From: Oikopleura dioica
Taxonomy: Eukaryota > Animalia > Chordata
Assembly: GCA_907165135.1 (NCBI GenBank)
Contig: OU015566.1
Span: forward strand, 7,316,001-7,380,000
DNA length: 64,000 nucleotides
Reading direction: 5' to 3'
Part shown: piece after piece, positions 1-12,599 of the stretch
How the letters are laid out: the number at the start of each line of letters is the position of its first letter
Numbering within the stretch: position 1 is the first letter of the stretch
The notes under the pieces: model-generated
Databases searched by the model: none
What the model saw: the letters and a program-made list of their open reading frames with translations, nothing else
Told to the model about the DNA's origin: nothing
Made by a program: the position numbers and the translations under genes

Positions 1-441
1 AGTAGCTGGAAATATCGCGTTATCATTCCTGGTTAAATTCGAGACCTCAAACTTTCGGTCGGCTTTTTGAACCGCAGGCGTGGCATCTCGCCTGGAATGG
101 ATCTCCGAATTCATCACTGTCGCCATCACCTTTCCTGTCACATTTTGGCCTTGCGTCACGTGATCCCTCTTTCGATGACAAAGGGAGCCAAGTTGTGGAA
201 GCGAAATGCTTTCAATTCGGCAGCTTTGCATTTGCATTTAACATTTCGCATTTGGCTCAGAATGGTGGTGAATTTGGCAGAGAACCGAAAAGAAAGAGAG
301 TGAGACATGACACAAATATACTAATCCCACTTCACACACAAGAAAAATATAGAGTGTGTAGTCAACATATCTGAATTCTTTAGAATGCATTTTCTGACCT
401 ACTTATTGTAGTGACCCCTTATTATTCTTTCTATTTCAATT

Positions 442-547
442 AAAAATCGAGAAGCCGCTTGCGGCTTCGACTCTAATAAAATTAAAGCCGCGCTTGGCGC
501 GGCTCTTTCATTTTTCTACTCGAAGCCGCAACCGGCTTCTCGATTTT
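442..547. repeat. Short palindromic MITE-like element (family A)
   Basis: Arms AAAAATCGAGAAGCCGCTTGCGGCTTCGA / TCGAAGCCGCAACCGGCTTCTCGATTTTT; related copies at 3880-3958 and inside 13276-13484. Confidence 0.7.
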
Positions 548-1588
548 TTTTTTGATATTCAAGGAAAGAACTCATCTAACCCCATCGACGGTCAAAATTC
601 ATGTTGAATCGGCATCTTCCATACTTGACTGGGCGCCAAAGTACCGTTCAAAGCACTACAACTCGGGGTGTAACAAAATCCGGCATGTTTTCCTTTGTTC
701 TTTTGCCTGGCAGCACCAAAAGCGGGCGTTTCAAGCTCAGTAGTGACTAGTCCAGCCTAGCGTGAAATTCGACAACTACAGTTTGAGTCAAAAATTTCTA
801 GCGCTGGAAATGGCTCTTTTGAATAATCAATTTTAGGGCTCGATTAAGGAGAACAGCGGATTATAAGATTCAGCGCTTAGTTTTAGGTTTCGCGATGAAA
901 AAGCTAGAATGACTAAATCGTGATTAGCAAAATCATCAAGGAGGAAAAAACGTGATTGGAGCTTATCTTCGATTTTCAAAATGAGTTTAGGATGTCGCCC
1001 TTTTACAGAAATGTCTCTAAATTAAACCATTTCGGATAAAAACTGCTGAATCGGGGATTTTTGAAAAATTATTTTTCACGCCTTGTTTGCTAATTGATGG
1101 CTCTTCCAATTATGAAACGATGTTGCGTGACCTTGCGGATTCTGCCTGATTTGTTATCAAAATATCAACGTCAGGGGTGCTGCTCTTCGCGGCTTCTTTT
1201 CCCCTGATTTTCCAAACGATTTCGCGAACTTTCAGTCTTTGGTAAAAACGTTGTCTTAGCGCGAAACTACGGTACTGCCGGTGCAAACAAGTGACCCTGG
1301 TTCTACCGAATTCAGCAGAATAAAATCAGTATTGTTAGAAATATGGTCGTTATGTGTTTTGTTTACTTTCGGAACTTGTTGGAAAGGACCACCCAAAATC
1401 CCTTTTGGCTTTTGGGCTCAATCAACAACATATAAATCTGGCCAAATGGGGAAATCCTCGCGGGGATGATCCACGAAAATCCTTTCCGGATTTGGCTCTG
1501 GATCTGAAAACAAGCACTCGGCGCTAGATACCGTACTTTCCTCGATGATTTTTATGAAATTTAATGAGTTAATTAAACTCGACAAAAG

Positions 1589-2250
1589 GATGATTTAAAA
1601 AATTCGCGGGCCCGGAAATCGTCAAAAACTTCTTGTCTAGTTTTGTAGAGCTCGTCGAGACGAGTCGAATGATATATAAAACTCCGGACAGTTTCAAGAT
1701 TTTCCGCCAAAAAAGTGATAAGAAGGTGTCTTATCAAAAATTTTCTGACCGGCGCCGTTTTGTTCTAGAAAAGCTGAGGTGATGCTTGACCCCGGAAAAT
1801 GATCCTCATGGTCTGTTCTATTCCGGCAAAAATTTCAGCTCGTCATCATATACCCAGCCGAGTTTATCGTTAAATTTCATTTTCCAAGGAAAATGGGACT
1901 GTAAATGGGCCGGAAACTAGGAACGTGCAGCGACAACAAAATGCACTAATTTTTTGATTTTTCGCTGATAAGCACAGCAGGATATGTGAGGACGAGCTGA
2001 AATTTTTGCCGGAATAGAACAGACCATGAGGATCATTTTCCGGGGTCAAGCATCACCTCAGCTTTTCTAGAACAAAAACGGCGCCAGTCAGAAAATTTTT
2101 GATAAGACACCTTCTTATCACTTTTTTTGGCGGAAAATCTTGAAACTGTCAGGAGTTTTATATATCATTCGACTCGTCTCGACGAGCTCTACAAAACAAG
2201 ACAAGAAGTTTTTGACGAGTTCCAGGCCCGCAAAATTTTTTGAAATCATC
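1589..2250. mobile_element. Foldback/MITE with ~265 bp terminal inverted repeats
   Basis: ~1589-1855 is a near-perfect reverse complement of ~1979-2250 (e.g. GCTGAGGTGATGCTTGACCCCGGAAAATGATCC / GGATCATTTTCCGGGGTCAAGCATCACCTCAGC); GATGA...TCATC termini, AAG on both flanks. Confidence 0.85.
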
Positions 2251-3404
2251 AAGCCCCATAAAACCAAGATTAATTAAATGAATCGCGATTTTTTAATTTG
2301 CGATATTGCTCGGCTGACGGCCAAGTTCCCAGCAGAGAGAGCATCAATTTAACAGTTTTTATGTTCATAGTTCAATTTTTTGAAAGTAGCGCGCTCGTAA
2401 AACTTAACTCTTGGCGCGTAAATTGAATAAAAAAGGACTCGTTATTTATGAATCTGCTGTTTTACAATGAGCGAAGCCCGGTTGTAAAATTCAGTGAACG
2501 GACGGATTCATTATTCCGACGCGAAATGAAATTGAAACGAGATAAGGTTCTCGTCATCCCTTTTTCGTGAACCTGACGTTTTTTGTTTGTTGAATATTAG
2601 GAGGGTTTTCTCAAAGATAATGATCTTTTTTCGGATTTTAACATGAGAATAAGCGTTAAATTCGCCCTAAAATCGACTAATAAAAAGCTCGTTTTCATTT
2701 TAAATATAAAATAAAAAATATTTAACCTGGAAGAGCGGCCGTGTATTTCCCAAATTATAAAATTTCAGCGATATGGCCAGTGTACTGATAATTCTGTTTA
2801 TCACGTTCTTCTTGAGCACGTCGGGACCGTTGTGCAAATTAAACTGAAAGGAGCAGAATTTCTGTAATTCAGAAATGCCGAAGCTGTTTTATGTTCCTGC
2901 CAAATTTAATTGCCAAATGAAAATAAGCGACGGAAAACTGTTTGTTCAATCTGTTGAAGTTTTTGATGTAGGAAGGAAAGAAAGCAGTTTCGGAATCCAA
3001 TTTGGGTCGAGATTTACGATTTAAATTTATGGCTATAAATCGAAAAGGGATAATTACAATTTTTAACTCATAAAAGGAAAAATGCACAAAAAGGGACAAA
3101 TATTCCCTTTTCTTCATTTTTCCCTACATTGCGTGAGTAATTTTAACTGTATGATTTATTATTTGACTTATTGAAAAAGATCAAAGATGGACAATTCAAA
3201 TTTGTTGAAAATAACTCTGATTTTTATTGTACCCAGGGTGACTGAGCGCGATGGAAAAAATCATCGTACTGTAAATATCGAGCGCTACTTCTATCGCTTC
3301 TGAATGACTGTGCAAATTTATCTCCTCGGCCTTGGAACAAACTACAGTAAATATTCATTCATTATTATCAACCACTGTATTGTCAGTCGAAAATAACGGG
3401 AGAC

Positions 3405-3864
3405 ACTGAATTGTGCCGCCCTGCGCCGCCTTGCGCCGCCCTGCGCCGCCCAGCGTCGCCCAGTCTCGCCGGATCCGAAGATATTTTGTCTTTCAAAAGC
3501 GGGTAATTTAGATTTTCATATAAAATTAGTTATTCTGACATATTTGAATTGTCTGAAAATTAAAAAAGCCATCCTATAATTTTGGGTGCCAGTAGAGTAA
3601 TTCGCAATCAAACTCAGAATTTGGCATAAAATCACAAATAAATTGAGCACGCGACGGGCCAGAGGCCCTTACGCGCGCATTTTCTGGTAGAGAACTCATT
3701 GGGTTGGCGGGGCCCAACTCTCGCTCTTGTTCAGAACAGTTTCCTAGGTCATAGTTGGGTCGAATGAGAGCCGGATGGTTTCGGACCGGGCGACGCTGGG
3801 CGGCGCAGGGCGGCGCAGGGCGGCGCAGGGCGGCGCAAGGCGGCGCAGGGCGGCACAATTCAGT
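3405..3864. mobile_element. MITE whose TIRs are arrays of a GC-rich 10-mer
   Basis: ACTGAATTGTGCCGCC followed by CTGCGCCGCC-type repeats on the left, mirrored as GGCGGCGCAG-type repeats and GGCGGCACAATTCAGT on the right; AC on both flanks. Confidence 0.8.
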
Positions 3865-3879
3865 ACCCCCCAAAATAAC

Positions 3880-3958
3880 GAGAAGCCGCTTGCGGCTTCG
3901 AGCTCAAAAAAAGCCGCGCTAGGTGCGGCTTTAATCTTCTTTTTATCTCGAAGCCGCA
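3880..3958. repeat. Truncated copy of palindromic family A
   Basis: CGAGAAGCCGCTTGCGGCTTCGA...TCGAAGCCGCA, same architecture as 442-547. Confidence 0.65.
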
Positions 3959-4629
3959 GAATGAGTTTCTATTGAAAATTTCCTTCAATAAAAACTCTTT
4001 TTTCTGCCTGTCAATTACGAGTTATTGACAGAAAGGAATACTTTCAGCTGTCAACCCTTTTTCCTCCATTACACAAAAGCCCCCTTGAAAACAACAATAA
4101 AAGCGAATAATTGCCTTGTTGACCTGTCGGCGATGATTGATTCCCTCGTCAGCAGGAAATAATGAAATAACGATCCGTGAAAAGGAAATTTCGTTTTTGA
4201 AAGCGAAAATTTAAATCTTAAAAATTTAAAATTTCGAATTTCTGCGCTAATTCGGCAGCTGGCGACCGCGAAAAGCGACCGCGAAATATCGCTGAAAACG
4301 TAGTAAATTTTTTACAATCTGAAAAAAGTCCTCGACCGAGCGGTTTTCGAATTTGCTAGCTACTGTTTCTAAGGCTTTTTAGATTCAAAGAGATCCGTTA
4401 AATACTGTTTTTAGATACACGAATCCCAAGATCACGTGATCCAGAACACCTGAGAGGGCTGAGCTGCTTCATCCGCAGCGGGAGTTTATCGCCACCGAGG
4501 GAATCTTTATCACGGGCTTTGTAGGCCGCTGAGCGCGCGATTTTTTGGGAATACGGGTCACGCTTTTTAACATGTTCATGGAAAAGCCGGTTGATGATTT
4601 CAGTACACAATAAAGGACAATAAAAATAG

Positions 4630-4775
4630 CGCATCTTGACCAATTTATTGGCTAATCAAAAAGAAGTTCTTAGTTCCGGTTTTCCCACAGATCGAAGAAA
4701 TAGCCGCCTGCGGCATTTTTTTGTGAAATGGGCTCGTAGAAATTCGCCAATTTGGATGACCAATAAATTGGCCAA
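4630..4775. promoter_or_regulatory. Paired CCAAT/ATTGG palindromes, possible promoter
   Basis: TGACCAATTTATTGGCTA and TGACCAATAAATTGGCCA; E-box TCACGTGA near 4432 and TGACGTC near 4837. Confidence 0.25.
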
Positions 4776-7669
4776 AACGCGCTTGCGGGTTAAAATTGTT
4801 CAATCGACTTACCGTGGCTTTTCGAGGGGGTTCATTGACGTCCATTTTCTTGCAGTTTTTTTTTTCTATGATTTTTTCTTCAATATTTTTTCTTGAAAAT
4901 TGTTCTTCTGCTTGTGTCTCTTTTTTTAATATTTTCTGCGTAAAAATCTTTTGACCAATCTCGATGTTACTTTGTTATTGTTTTTTCCTTCTCGCTTTCC
5001 TTTTTGATAAAAATCAGGACTTGGCAAAAATCGCGAAATCGGCGTTTTTTTTTTCAGAAATTTTTTCGGAGCCGTGTTGATTCCGCTCAGCGCTGAGCGC
5101 GGCGGGTGCTCTGGAGCTCCACCGCCGCGCGGCTCTTTATCGCGCTCTTGAAGAGAATGGAGAGAATAGAGCTTGGGAAAGGGGGGATTTGCTCGGCGAG
5201 CTTTCTATGCTGATAACTATCGTAATGGTAAATAATAAGGGCGGATTTCGAAATGGACAGATTATGCTAAGATCGGCGTCAAGACCGGGGAAAATAATAA
5301 TGCCATAATAGGGACTTTCTATCAATTGAAATCTCAGTTTTCTTTGTTGGAATTGTTACGCTACTGTTCCAAGATGACCAATTACCAAAGCGGCTATCCA
5401 GCATTGTCTACCAGACATCGATATTGGTGGTCCAAGATAGTCAATATAAAATCCAAAACTTCAAAGAATCATCCCAAGATTGACGATTTTGGGATTGGTT
5501 TGCTTAACTTCGCCTTCAAAATCGACAATCTTGGGCCGGTTATTTCGTGTTTAGTCGACAATCTTTGGGAGAGGTTTTGAAGAAGTTTGAATTTTCTTTC
5601 TAATGAGAATTTTTCTATAATAAAAACATCTTTTTATTCCTATAAAAACTTTTATAAATAAACTTTCTTGGTTTCCAAGGCGCTAGAATTGACCTTTTAT
5701 AAATCAGTCGGCAGTGAATTCTCCAGAAATTATATTCGACCCTTGTCAAAGCGCATCAAGACGTTCACAGCGTCGAGAATTAACTTTTAAAAAGTGATGA
5801 AACTCCAGTGTGAAATCAACGATAATGGAGTTAATTTCGTCGGACAGCGAAAACGTGACTTGCGCGCTCCAGGTGCCAGAGCTCAGGGCAGATTCTGAAG
5901 CAGTTTCACACATTCCTGGCGAACCAGAAAACGGCGACTCTTGCGCATTTCTGAGGCAGCTCTTAGGATTTTATTGTATGCAACTAATACTCCAGCGAAT
6001 ACAATAAAAATCCAAGAACATGGACGATCGATAAAGGTAGTTTCATGCAACTGTATAAATTGAAGCTAAGCCGGAGGAAAATGAGTCTAAAGAGGAGGCA
6101 AGTGTTTGACGATAACAAGGGAAAGAATAAACTCTTGAAGTGCAGCCATCTAAAGTGCTCGTCTGCGCGTCGAAAATAGACTTGTAAGTGATCAATGATC
6201 ATCTGATTCATTTCCCAAAACGCTTGGCTCGGCAATCTGTGTAGAAACCTGAGTCAGGGTCCTAAAAGAACAGAGAAATGACTCTCACTCAGTGTAATTT
6301 ATAAATACCTCAAGTTAATCCGTAACTGACGGCTCACTAAAAACCCATGGCGGTACGGTCCATTCTAAGACATAACACACTGGTCAATTTTGAGAGAAAA
6401 CGCGCTTCACGAACTTCCACAAATATGCATTTTCGCCCGGGCCACGTACCGTCTTAGTTCTGCCGCGCTCTAGCAAAATATACGGAATCTGGCTTCTTAG
6501 AGGATTTTTTTTTCGGAGACGTGATTTTATTTCGATACTTTGTTCTGGCTCTATTTTAGAAAATGGAAAGGGATGAGCGCCGTTTGTCAAATGCAGGATA
6601 TGCTTGTCACTGATGCAGCTCTTGAATATGTCGATTGGAGAGTAATCGTGAGGAAAAACCTACTTTTTGCTGAAAAGACACTTGAATGTACCAAGAAATA
6701 CGAAAGATATTGAACTTTTATTTGGATTTATAGAATTGAAATAGATGGTTTAGATGAGTTCTTCTCGATAATTCATTTTCTTTGAAGAAATATATCTTTT
6801 TATTCTTTCATAATTTGATATGATTTGGTCGATAAAGAAGCCGTCCAAAATCTGCGGTACACAAAGAATTTGATCATCTTCAGAATCGTAAAGAGGCCTA
6901 CGTCCAAAGCCTTCAGACCGGGCCCTGCAAAAGGATGTTTGAAATGTTGATCCTCTCGTAAAATTTTGTCTGGCAGATGGTAGACGTTGTCGGTTGCAAA
7001 CAGATCGTCTCTGGAAATTTGGGCTTTCAAATCTCTTTGGAAAAGTCCGCGTTCTTCGAAAGACACGCCCAAAAGATTGCTTATATATTCGTTGAAAAAA
7101 TTTCCACAGTTTCATCGATGCTTTCACATTCACTCAATCGAAAACTGGAGAATTCAGGAGTTGACAGTCATAAATTTAACCACTGCAAATATTCCCTTCT
7201 CGAAGAAAAGACTTTCCGGAAGATCACAAGTAAACGTCACTGATTTTGAAGTACCATGAGATTTTTTTCTAAAGGGAGATCGGAGAATCTGAGGGTCCTA
7301 AGCCCTCTGGGACTCTCAGGTTAGCCGCGCGCGCCTAGCGCGGCTAGCCAATCAAATGACGGTATTTTTCCGCAGTGCGCCGCACTCTAAATTCTTTATT
7401 CTGAGGTACCCAACAGGAGCTGAAAGAAATTTCTAGACTTCTCCGAGAGTGAAACGGGGAAGCGAGGCCAGGGGCCTTCTCCCTCTCTAAAAAAATCTCA
7501 TGGTAGTCCAACTGCTGTAAGAAAGGGAAAACTTTGTTTGCTTCGCTAGCTGTTGATCCCTATCTGAATGAGTAACTGTATTACAGCTTTAAAAACGGGC
7601 AATCAAGTCTAACAAAGCCGCAATAAAGCCAAAAATGCAGTCTTCTTATAGCGGCTCCATTCCACATTC

Positions 7670-7878
7670 TGTGGGATCTCAGAACTGCAATCAGAGTCTG
7701 TTCGAGTTTGGCAAGGTAGTCTGTATTATAAATTACAAAATCGAGAATGCCGGCTCCTGACTCGGAGTCGTAATAGCGAAGTGGCAGGTGGAAAAGGCAG
7801 ATGTGAACATTTCCTAATAAGGATATTGTGAACCTTGAAAACAGTCTGACGAACAAGTTGAGTAGCTCGAATCCCACA
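7670..7878 (-). repeat. 3' LTR
   Basis: Base-for-base identical to 10050-10258. Confidence 0.95.
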
Positions 7879-7880
7879 TG

Positions 7881-7895
7881 TCCCCCCACTTTTTC
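7881..7895 (-). promoter_or_regulatory. Polypurine tract
   Basis: GAAAAAGTGGGGGGA on the minus strand immediately before the 3' LTR. Confidence 0.8.
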
Positions 7896-8125
7896 GTTAG
7901 GCTGTTGGACGATCGTTGTTGAGTTCGGCGCTTGCGCGTTAGACGGGCGAAACAAATGTGAGTGTTTGAAAGTAAGAATTCTACCTCGGCGATTAGGGTT
8001 TTGAGCCACATAAAACGCTGTTGCCGGCGAGACGGTTTTCCGCTGGTAGTTTGTGTTCGGAGATATAGTGTGCGTAAAATATATTGAGAAACGAAACGAT
8101 GGTGACTACCTCGACTATAAAGGAT

Positions 8126-9868
8126 TCAGGCGGAAGGCCCTGCTTGATATGGAATCACTTGGCGACGTGTGTGGGTGCCTCGTCGGAGTTGTTTTTCGGG
8201 AATTTTGATGCCACGGGGAGACGCTTTCCTCCCAAAGACGGCTTCGAATGGACTAACTGGGTACGCCGAAGCAGAATATTCGACGAGATTTTGGGTGTTT
8301 TTGGATTTTTTGTGAACGATTCTTAATCCTTCGGCATCGGGAATGCACTTGACGTCTTTTCGATCGAAAATCACATCGCGCCCGATGAGCATTGGTATTT
8401 GGTTTTCGATAATAAATATTCTTACGCCTTTCAGCCAAAATTTGCCAATCTGGACGTCGGCATCGATGTAACCTGTAAGGGTGCCAGCTCCAATTCCGGC
8501 CACTTTACCGTCGTATTTTTGGATGTCGCCGATCAATTGTGATGGAATGTTTCCACGCGATATCATCGTTAGAGAACTCCCAGTATCAACCAGTGCGTTG
8601 AGCGAGGCAAATGTGCCGGACTGTGATTGGATAAAAGTATCGACTCGAGGCTGTATTCTTCCGGCGAAAACTTGATGTGTGCTAACTTCTTTATTAATCG
8701 GGTCTGATGCGTAGCACTCCGCATCAGCTCTAACTGAGAAATCCGCCCGAGGGTTTGAGATAAAAAGCGTTTGTTCTCTGTGCTCTTCCGTTGAATCGTA
8801 ATCTTCATCGTTATCTTCCGATTTTTCATCTTCTTCTTCGTTCGGGTAGGCTTCGTTCTTGATGAACTTCTTCTTATTGTAGAATTTGTTTCCTTTTACA
8901 TTGCTCTGGCCGCCTCCAGAAGTGCCCTGCTTAAGATTTTCTCCGTGGCTTCCCCTCCTCGAGTCTTTGTTTCTGTTCTGGCCACTGTTTCTGAATCGGC
9001 CCCGTTGGCTATATGATTGATGTCCGTAGTATGTGGTCATTTCGCCTCCGCCTGTCTGTGACTGATAATACTCCGCGTGCTCCGCCAGCGTGCCAGCATC
9101 GCCTATTTTCTTCCATACTGGCGCCATCGAGTTGTACAACTCGTTGTGGTGTACCTGGATTACTGTCGCCATAATGCTTGCCCCAAGATGTTCCATGAAT
9201 TTATCGATCGTCAGCAATTCGGAAACGACCGTGATCCCACTGTTGGAACTGCTCCCGCGTTCCATTTTTATTTCTTGTTTCTTTAGGCTTTTCTCTATAG
9301 TAGCTCTTGCTGCTTCCAAGTTGAGGCTTATCTGCGTGGCAAGTTTCTTGAACCCCTTTCTTTTGTCGTATGGAGTATTCAGGGCACGCTGAAGGGATTG
9401 AATCGGAGTGATACCACCGGAGAAATTTGAAAAAATCTCTTTCTTCAGCTCGTCCCAGTTCTTCTGGTTTGTTCCCATCCTGTGCGTCACGTGAACCGAG
9501 CATCGTGATTTGACGCCGACTAAGAATTCCTTCTCTAGCTTCATATTCGGTTTCACGCATAAGTCGAAAACTTTTTGGCAGCGGGCGATGAAATTATTCG
9601 TTACCTCGAAGGAACCTCCTTCGAAAAGATGCACTTCGCCGAGCTGGGCCCTTATTGAGCTTAGATCACTCTGATCTTTTCTGGTGAATTCGTCTTCGTT
9701 GTCGCCTTCTGTTGCGGATGCGATCAACTTCATCTTCAATGAACTAATTTTCTTTTCGATGTCCGCTTTCTTCTGCGCGTCGTTTTTAACTTCCGAGTAC
9801 GTGAGCGCTTTTTCGTATATCTCTATTTCTTTTGCGATTTCTGTTGCTCGTCCCATGTTTGCGAGCAA
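8126..9868 (-). CDS. Gag-aspartic protease polyprotein with a short integrase C-terminal remnant
   Basis: 580 aa intronless ORF; coiled-coil/basic Gag; protease motif LVDTGSS...IGRD; SPFEAVFGR resembles the integrase post-core motif; no RT (YxDD) or RNase H. Confidence 0.85.
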   Translation of the reverse strand: MLANMGRATEIAKEIEIYEKALTYSEVKNDAQKKADIEKKISSLKMKLIASATEGDNEDEFTRKDQSDLSSIRAQLGEVHLFEGGSFEVTNNFIARCQKVFDLCVKPNMKLEKEFLVGVKSRCSVHVTHRMGTNQKNWDELKKEIFSNFSGGITPIQSLQRALNTPYDKRKGFKKLATQISLNLEAARATIEKSLKKQEIKMERGSSSNSGITVVSELLTIDKFMEHLGASIMATVIQVHHNELYNSMAPVWKKIGDAGTLAEHAEYYQSQTGGGEMTTYYGHQSYSQRGRFRNSGQNRNKDSRRGSHGENLKQGTSGGGQSNVKGNKFYNKKKFIKNEAYPNEEEDEKSEDNDEDYDSTEEHREQTLFISNPRADFSVRADAECYASDPINKEVSTHQVFAGRIQPRVDTFIQSQSGTFASLNALVDTGSSLTMISRGNIPSQLIGDIQKYDGKVAGIGAGTLTGYIDADVQIGKFWLKGVRIFIIENQIPMLIGRDVIFDRKDVKCIPDAEGLRIVHKKSKNTQNLVEYSASAYPVSPFEAVFGRKASPRGIKIPEKQLRRGTHTRRQVIPYQAGPSA

Positions 9869-10037
9869 GAAAGAAAATTAAGCTTTATTCGTTGACACCG
9901 GATTCTCGTACCTTGCTTTTACACCCTTGCTTTATTTAGTTCAAAGGGTGACCCTCGCGGGATTTCGTTGCGCTATTTTCAGGATGACGTAATCTCTCGG
10001 CCAATCGGAATTTGACGTGGATTCGTTTCTGGAGCGA

Positions 10038-10046
10038 CTGGTACCA
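10038..10046 (-). promoter_or_regulatory. Primer binding site
   Basis: TGGTACCAG 3 nt inside the 5' LTR; complementary to a tRNA 3' end of type ...CUGGUACCA (tRNA-Leu(UAA)-like, from memory). Confidence 0.6.
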
Positions 10047-10049
10047 ATT

Positions 10050-10258
10050 TGTGGGATCTCAGAACTGCAATCAGAGTCTGTTCGAGTTTGGCAAGGTAGT
10101 CTGTATTATAAATTACAAAATCGAGAATGCCGGCTCCTGACTCGGAGTCGTAATAGCGAAGTGGCAGGTGGAAAAGGCAGATGTGAACATTTCCTAATAA
10201 GGATATTGTGAACCTTGAAAACAGTCTGACGAACAAGTTGAGTAGCTCGAATCCCACA
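10050..10258 (-). repeat. 5' LTR
   Basis: Identical to 7670-7878. Confidence 0.95.
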
Positions 10259-12599
10259 ATTCCAGGCAATCACATTCTGACCTTCTTGTTCTGCTTGATT
10301 TAGGGAATGAATTCATCCACCGCAGATTTTCAAGAATCCCTCGCGCTCATAATCGACAACTGCGGTTTTGCTGCTTTCAGAGGCGCGTTTCCGGCCTGGT
10401 TTTATGCATTTAAGACTTTTTGGAATTAAAAGAACTTATTTTTAGTTGATGAAACTCGTTTCGAAAGAAGTGCTTAGCTGCAAATTGACATAATACTTTC
10501 TAATCCGCGCCATTATGCATTTTGCGCTTATGCGATTCTCAAATGACAGCCTGCGTAGCGGAAGTATTCCACTTGAGCCTCCTCCACCAAGTCTCTAGTA
10601 TCGTCAAGTGGCTTTTACTCCAGAACCATCGTTCCTCTCTGATATTATGTCGTGTCCGGGATGTTGATCTATCAAGCACCGGAATCCAGCTGAAATGAAC
10701 TCTGTCAACTTTTTTTTTCAAAAATTAAAGAAAAAATTTATTCACATTCATAGAAGACGACAGAAGAAGATGATGAAACTGCTGGTAAGACTGTAGCAGT
10801 AGATATTGTTGAAGCATCTCGACAAGATTCAGTAAATTCCGATTCGAAGTCCGAGGATGAGGGACTTCTTGAGCTCTCGTTGATTGAAATTGGTATTTTC
10901 AAATCAGTTATTCTCTTTCAGCCTGAGTTGGTGATGGCGGTTCAAACTCTTTTTCAAAAGTACTGATGCTAGAAACATCGTCAACTTTCATAGATTTTGT
11001 GGAGCAACAAAAAATATTTCTCCAAAAAGAACATAATTTGCTGAAAGTCATTGTCTCATAACGATTAGCGAAAATCGCAAATTATCTATCAATTTTTCCC
11101 TAATTTAGGTGTTTTTCCTTTTTCGCCGGGGTACTCTTGTTTTAATGATCATTAGTCATAATGATTGATTAGTTTATTATTTGTTGAAATTTCAACAAAG
11201 AAATGCGAAATATTGTTTTCTGGTAGTGATTTTATTTAGCTTTCGGAGAGCCAGACGTAAAAGTTCTCCACAAGAAGTGGATGTTTCAAAATTCTTCATA
11301 CAAAAATGAAGACGAGTACATTTGGCAGTACAGTTAAAGAAACAAATCTTGATCGTCGAAAAAATAGACTCACAAGTTCTGTTGTTTCGTTCAGAAGTAC
11401 AGTAAAACCAAACAAATGACAGGAAAGAAGAAGGAAAAAAGAAAGAAGAGAGTACTTCGATTTCTTTTTTGATTTCGCGATAAGCGCTTGTTTTGCCTTG
11501 CTTATCGGAAGTTTCGCGAGTCGGGTCCGCCGTAACGCGCGCGTTCAGAATTTCGCATGAAGCCTTTTCCGCAGGGTTCAAAGCATGTATATTTTACTTA
11601 GCCGAGCATTTGTGTATTTATATATATGGGAAAGCCGCGGCGCTAAAAAAACGTGCTAACACTATTATAAAAACTTCTTGTCTATTTACTAACGCAAGCA
11701 GCGAGTTTTTAGTCGAATCAGGGATTCGGAATAATTTTTAAAAATTAGTTTATGTTTTCAATCAGTGATTATCCGATTAATTACAGCGTGTTTATCAAAT
11801 CTTTTCGGAAGATGTAATGATTTTTTACCAAAATATGGACACTTCAGTATACGAGATATCTCGTTTTTCGAGATTCAAACACTATGAAAATTAGTCGATC
11901 AGAGGTGAGAATCGCTGTAAAAGAATATTTTTCTTGAACTTTGAAATGACATTTTTTGAAGAACAAGTTAATATTGCCTTCATGTATAGAACTTTGTATC
12001 TTTGGCTTGTCAAAAACGTCATGCTCTGTCCGTCTCTACTAAGCCGCGACCGCCACTCAAAATCGTAAAATTCTAGCTTTGCCATATATCTTCATTCTAC
12101 TACTTTAGCTTTGAACCCACGTGCCTGGAGTGCCGTGAAACGCTCTTCCACGAGGTCCTCCGCGTCCCTAGAAAATTGGCGTGAGAACGTGCTACCGCGG
12201 ATTTTAGCTACTATCTTTAGCGCGTTATAATTGTTTTGAACGTGACAATGTTATCATCAGTATAGCTCGTAAAAAGTGCGGATTTCGACGAAATTCCACG
12301 ATGACTTTGCTTGATTGTGAGAGCATAACTTGTTCATTCTTGAACGATTCGAAACCGGTCGCAAAAGAATTACCGCGTTAACGCTCTTCAAAAATTTTGT
12401 TGTGACAATTGACGATTTAAATTTTTAGTGGCCACAGAAAATGGCCGCGAAAATCATCGTGAAATATTCGTATCTCAAGAAAGGTTTTCAAGAAGATTCA
12501 GAAAAAAGAATAAGCATCAGGTTTAACCTAAAAGAGTCTGATGTGCTATTTTTAAATTTGTCTGCAGTTTAAACCTTAAAGACAACGGTTTAAAAACGT

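Larger units (their letters stand above)
7670..10258 (-). mobile_element. Internally deleted Ty3/gypsy-type (Tor-like) LTR retrotransposon
   Basis: Two identical 209 bp LTRs (TG...CA, 8 bp terminal IR TGTGGGAT/ATCCCACA), 4 bp TSD ATTC (7666-7669, 10259-10262), PBS, PPT and a gag-protease ORF. Confidence 0.95.

Noticed and set aside
5470-5575. Three TCGACAATCTTGG-like repeats suggesting a PKIVD peptide repeat
   Set aside because: An in-frame stop separates the copies; too short to call
5810-7260. ORFs flanking the LTR element (GPCR-like, TGF-beta-like or transporter-like fragments)
   Set aside because: The resemblances came from different frames and none could be joined into a consistent gene
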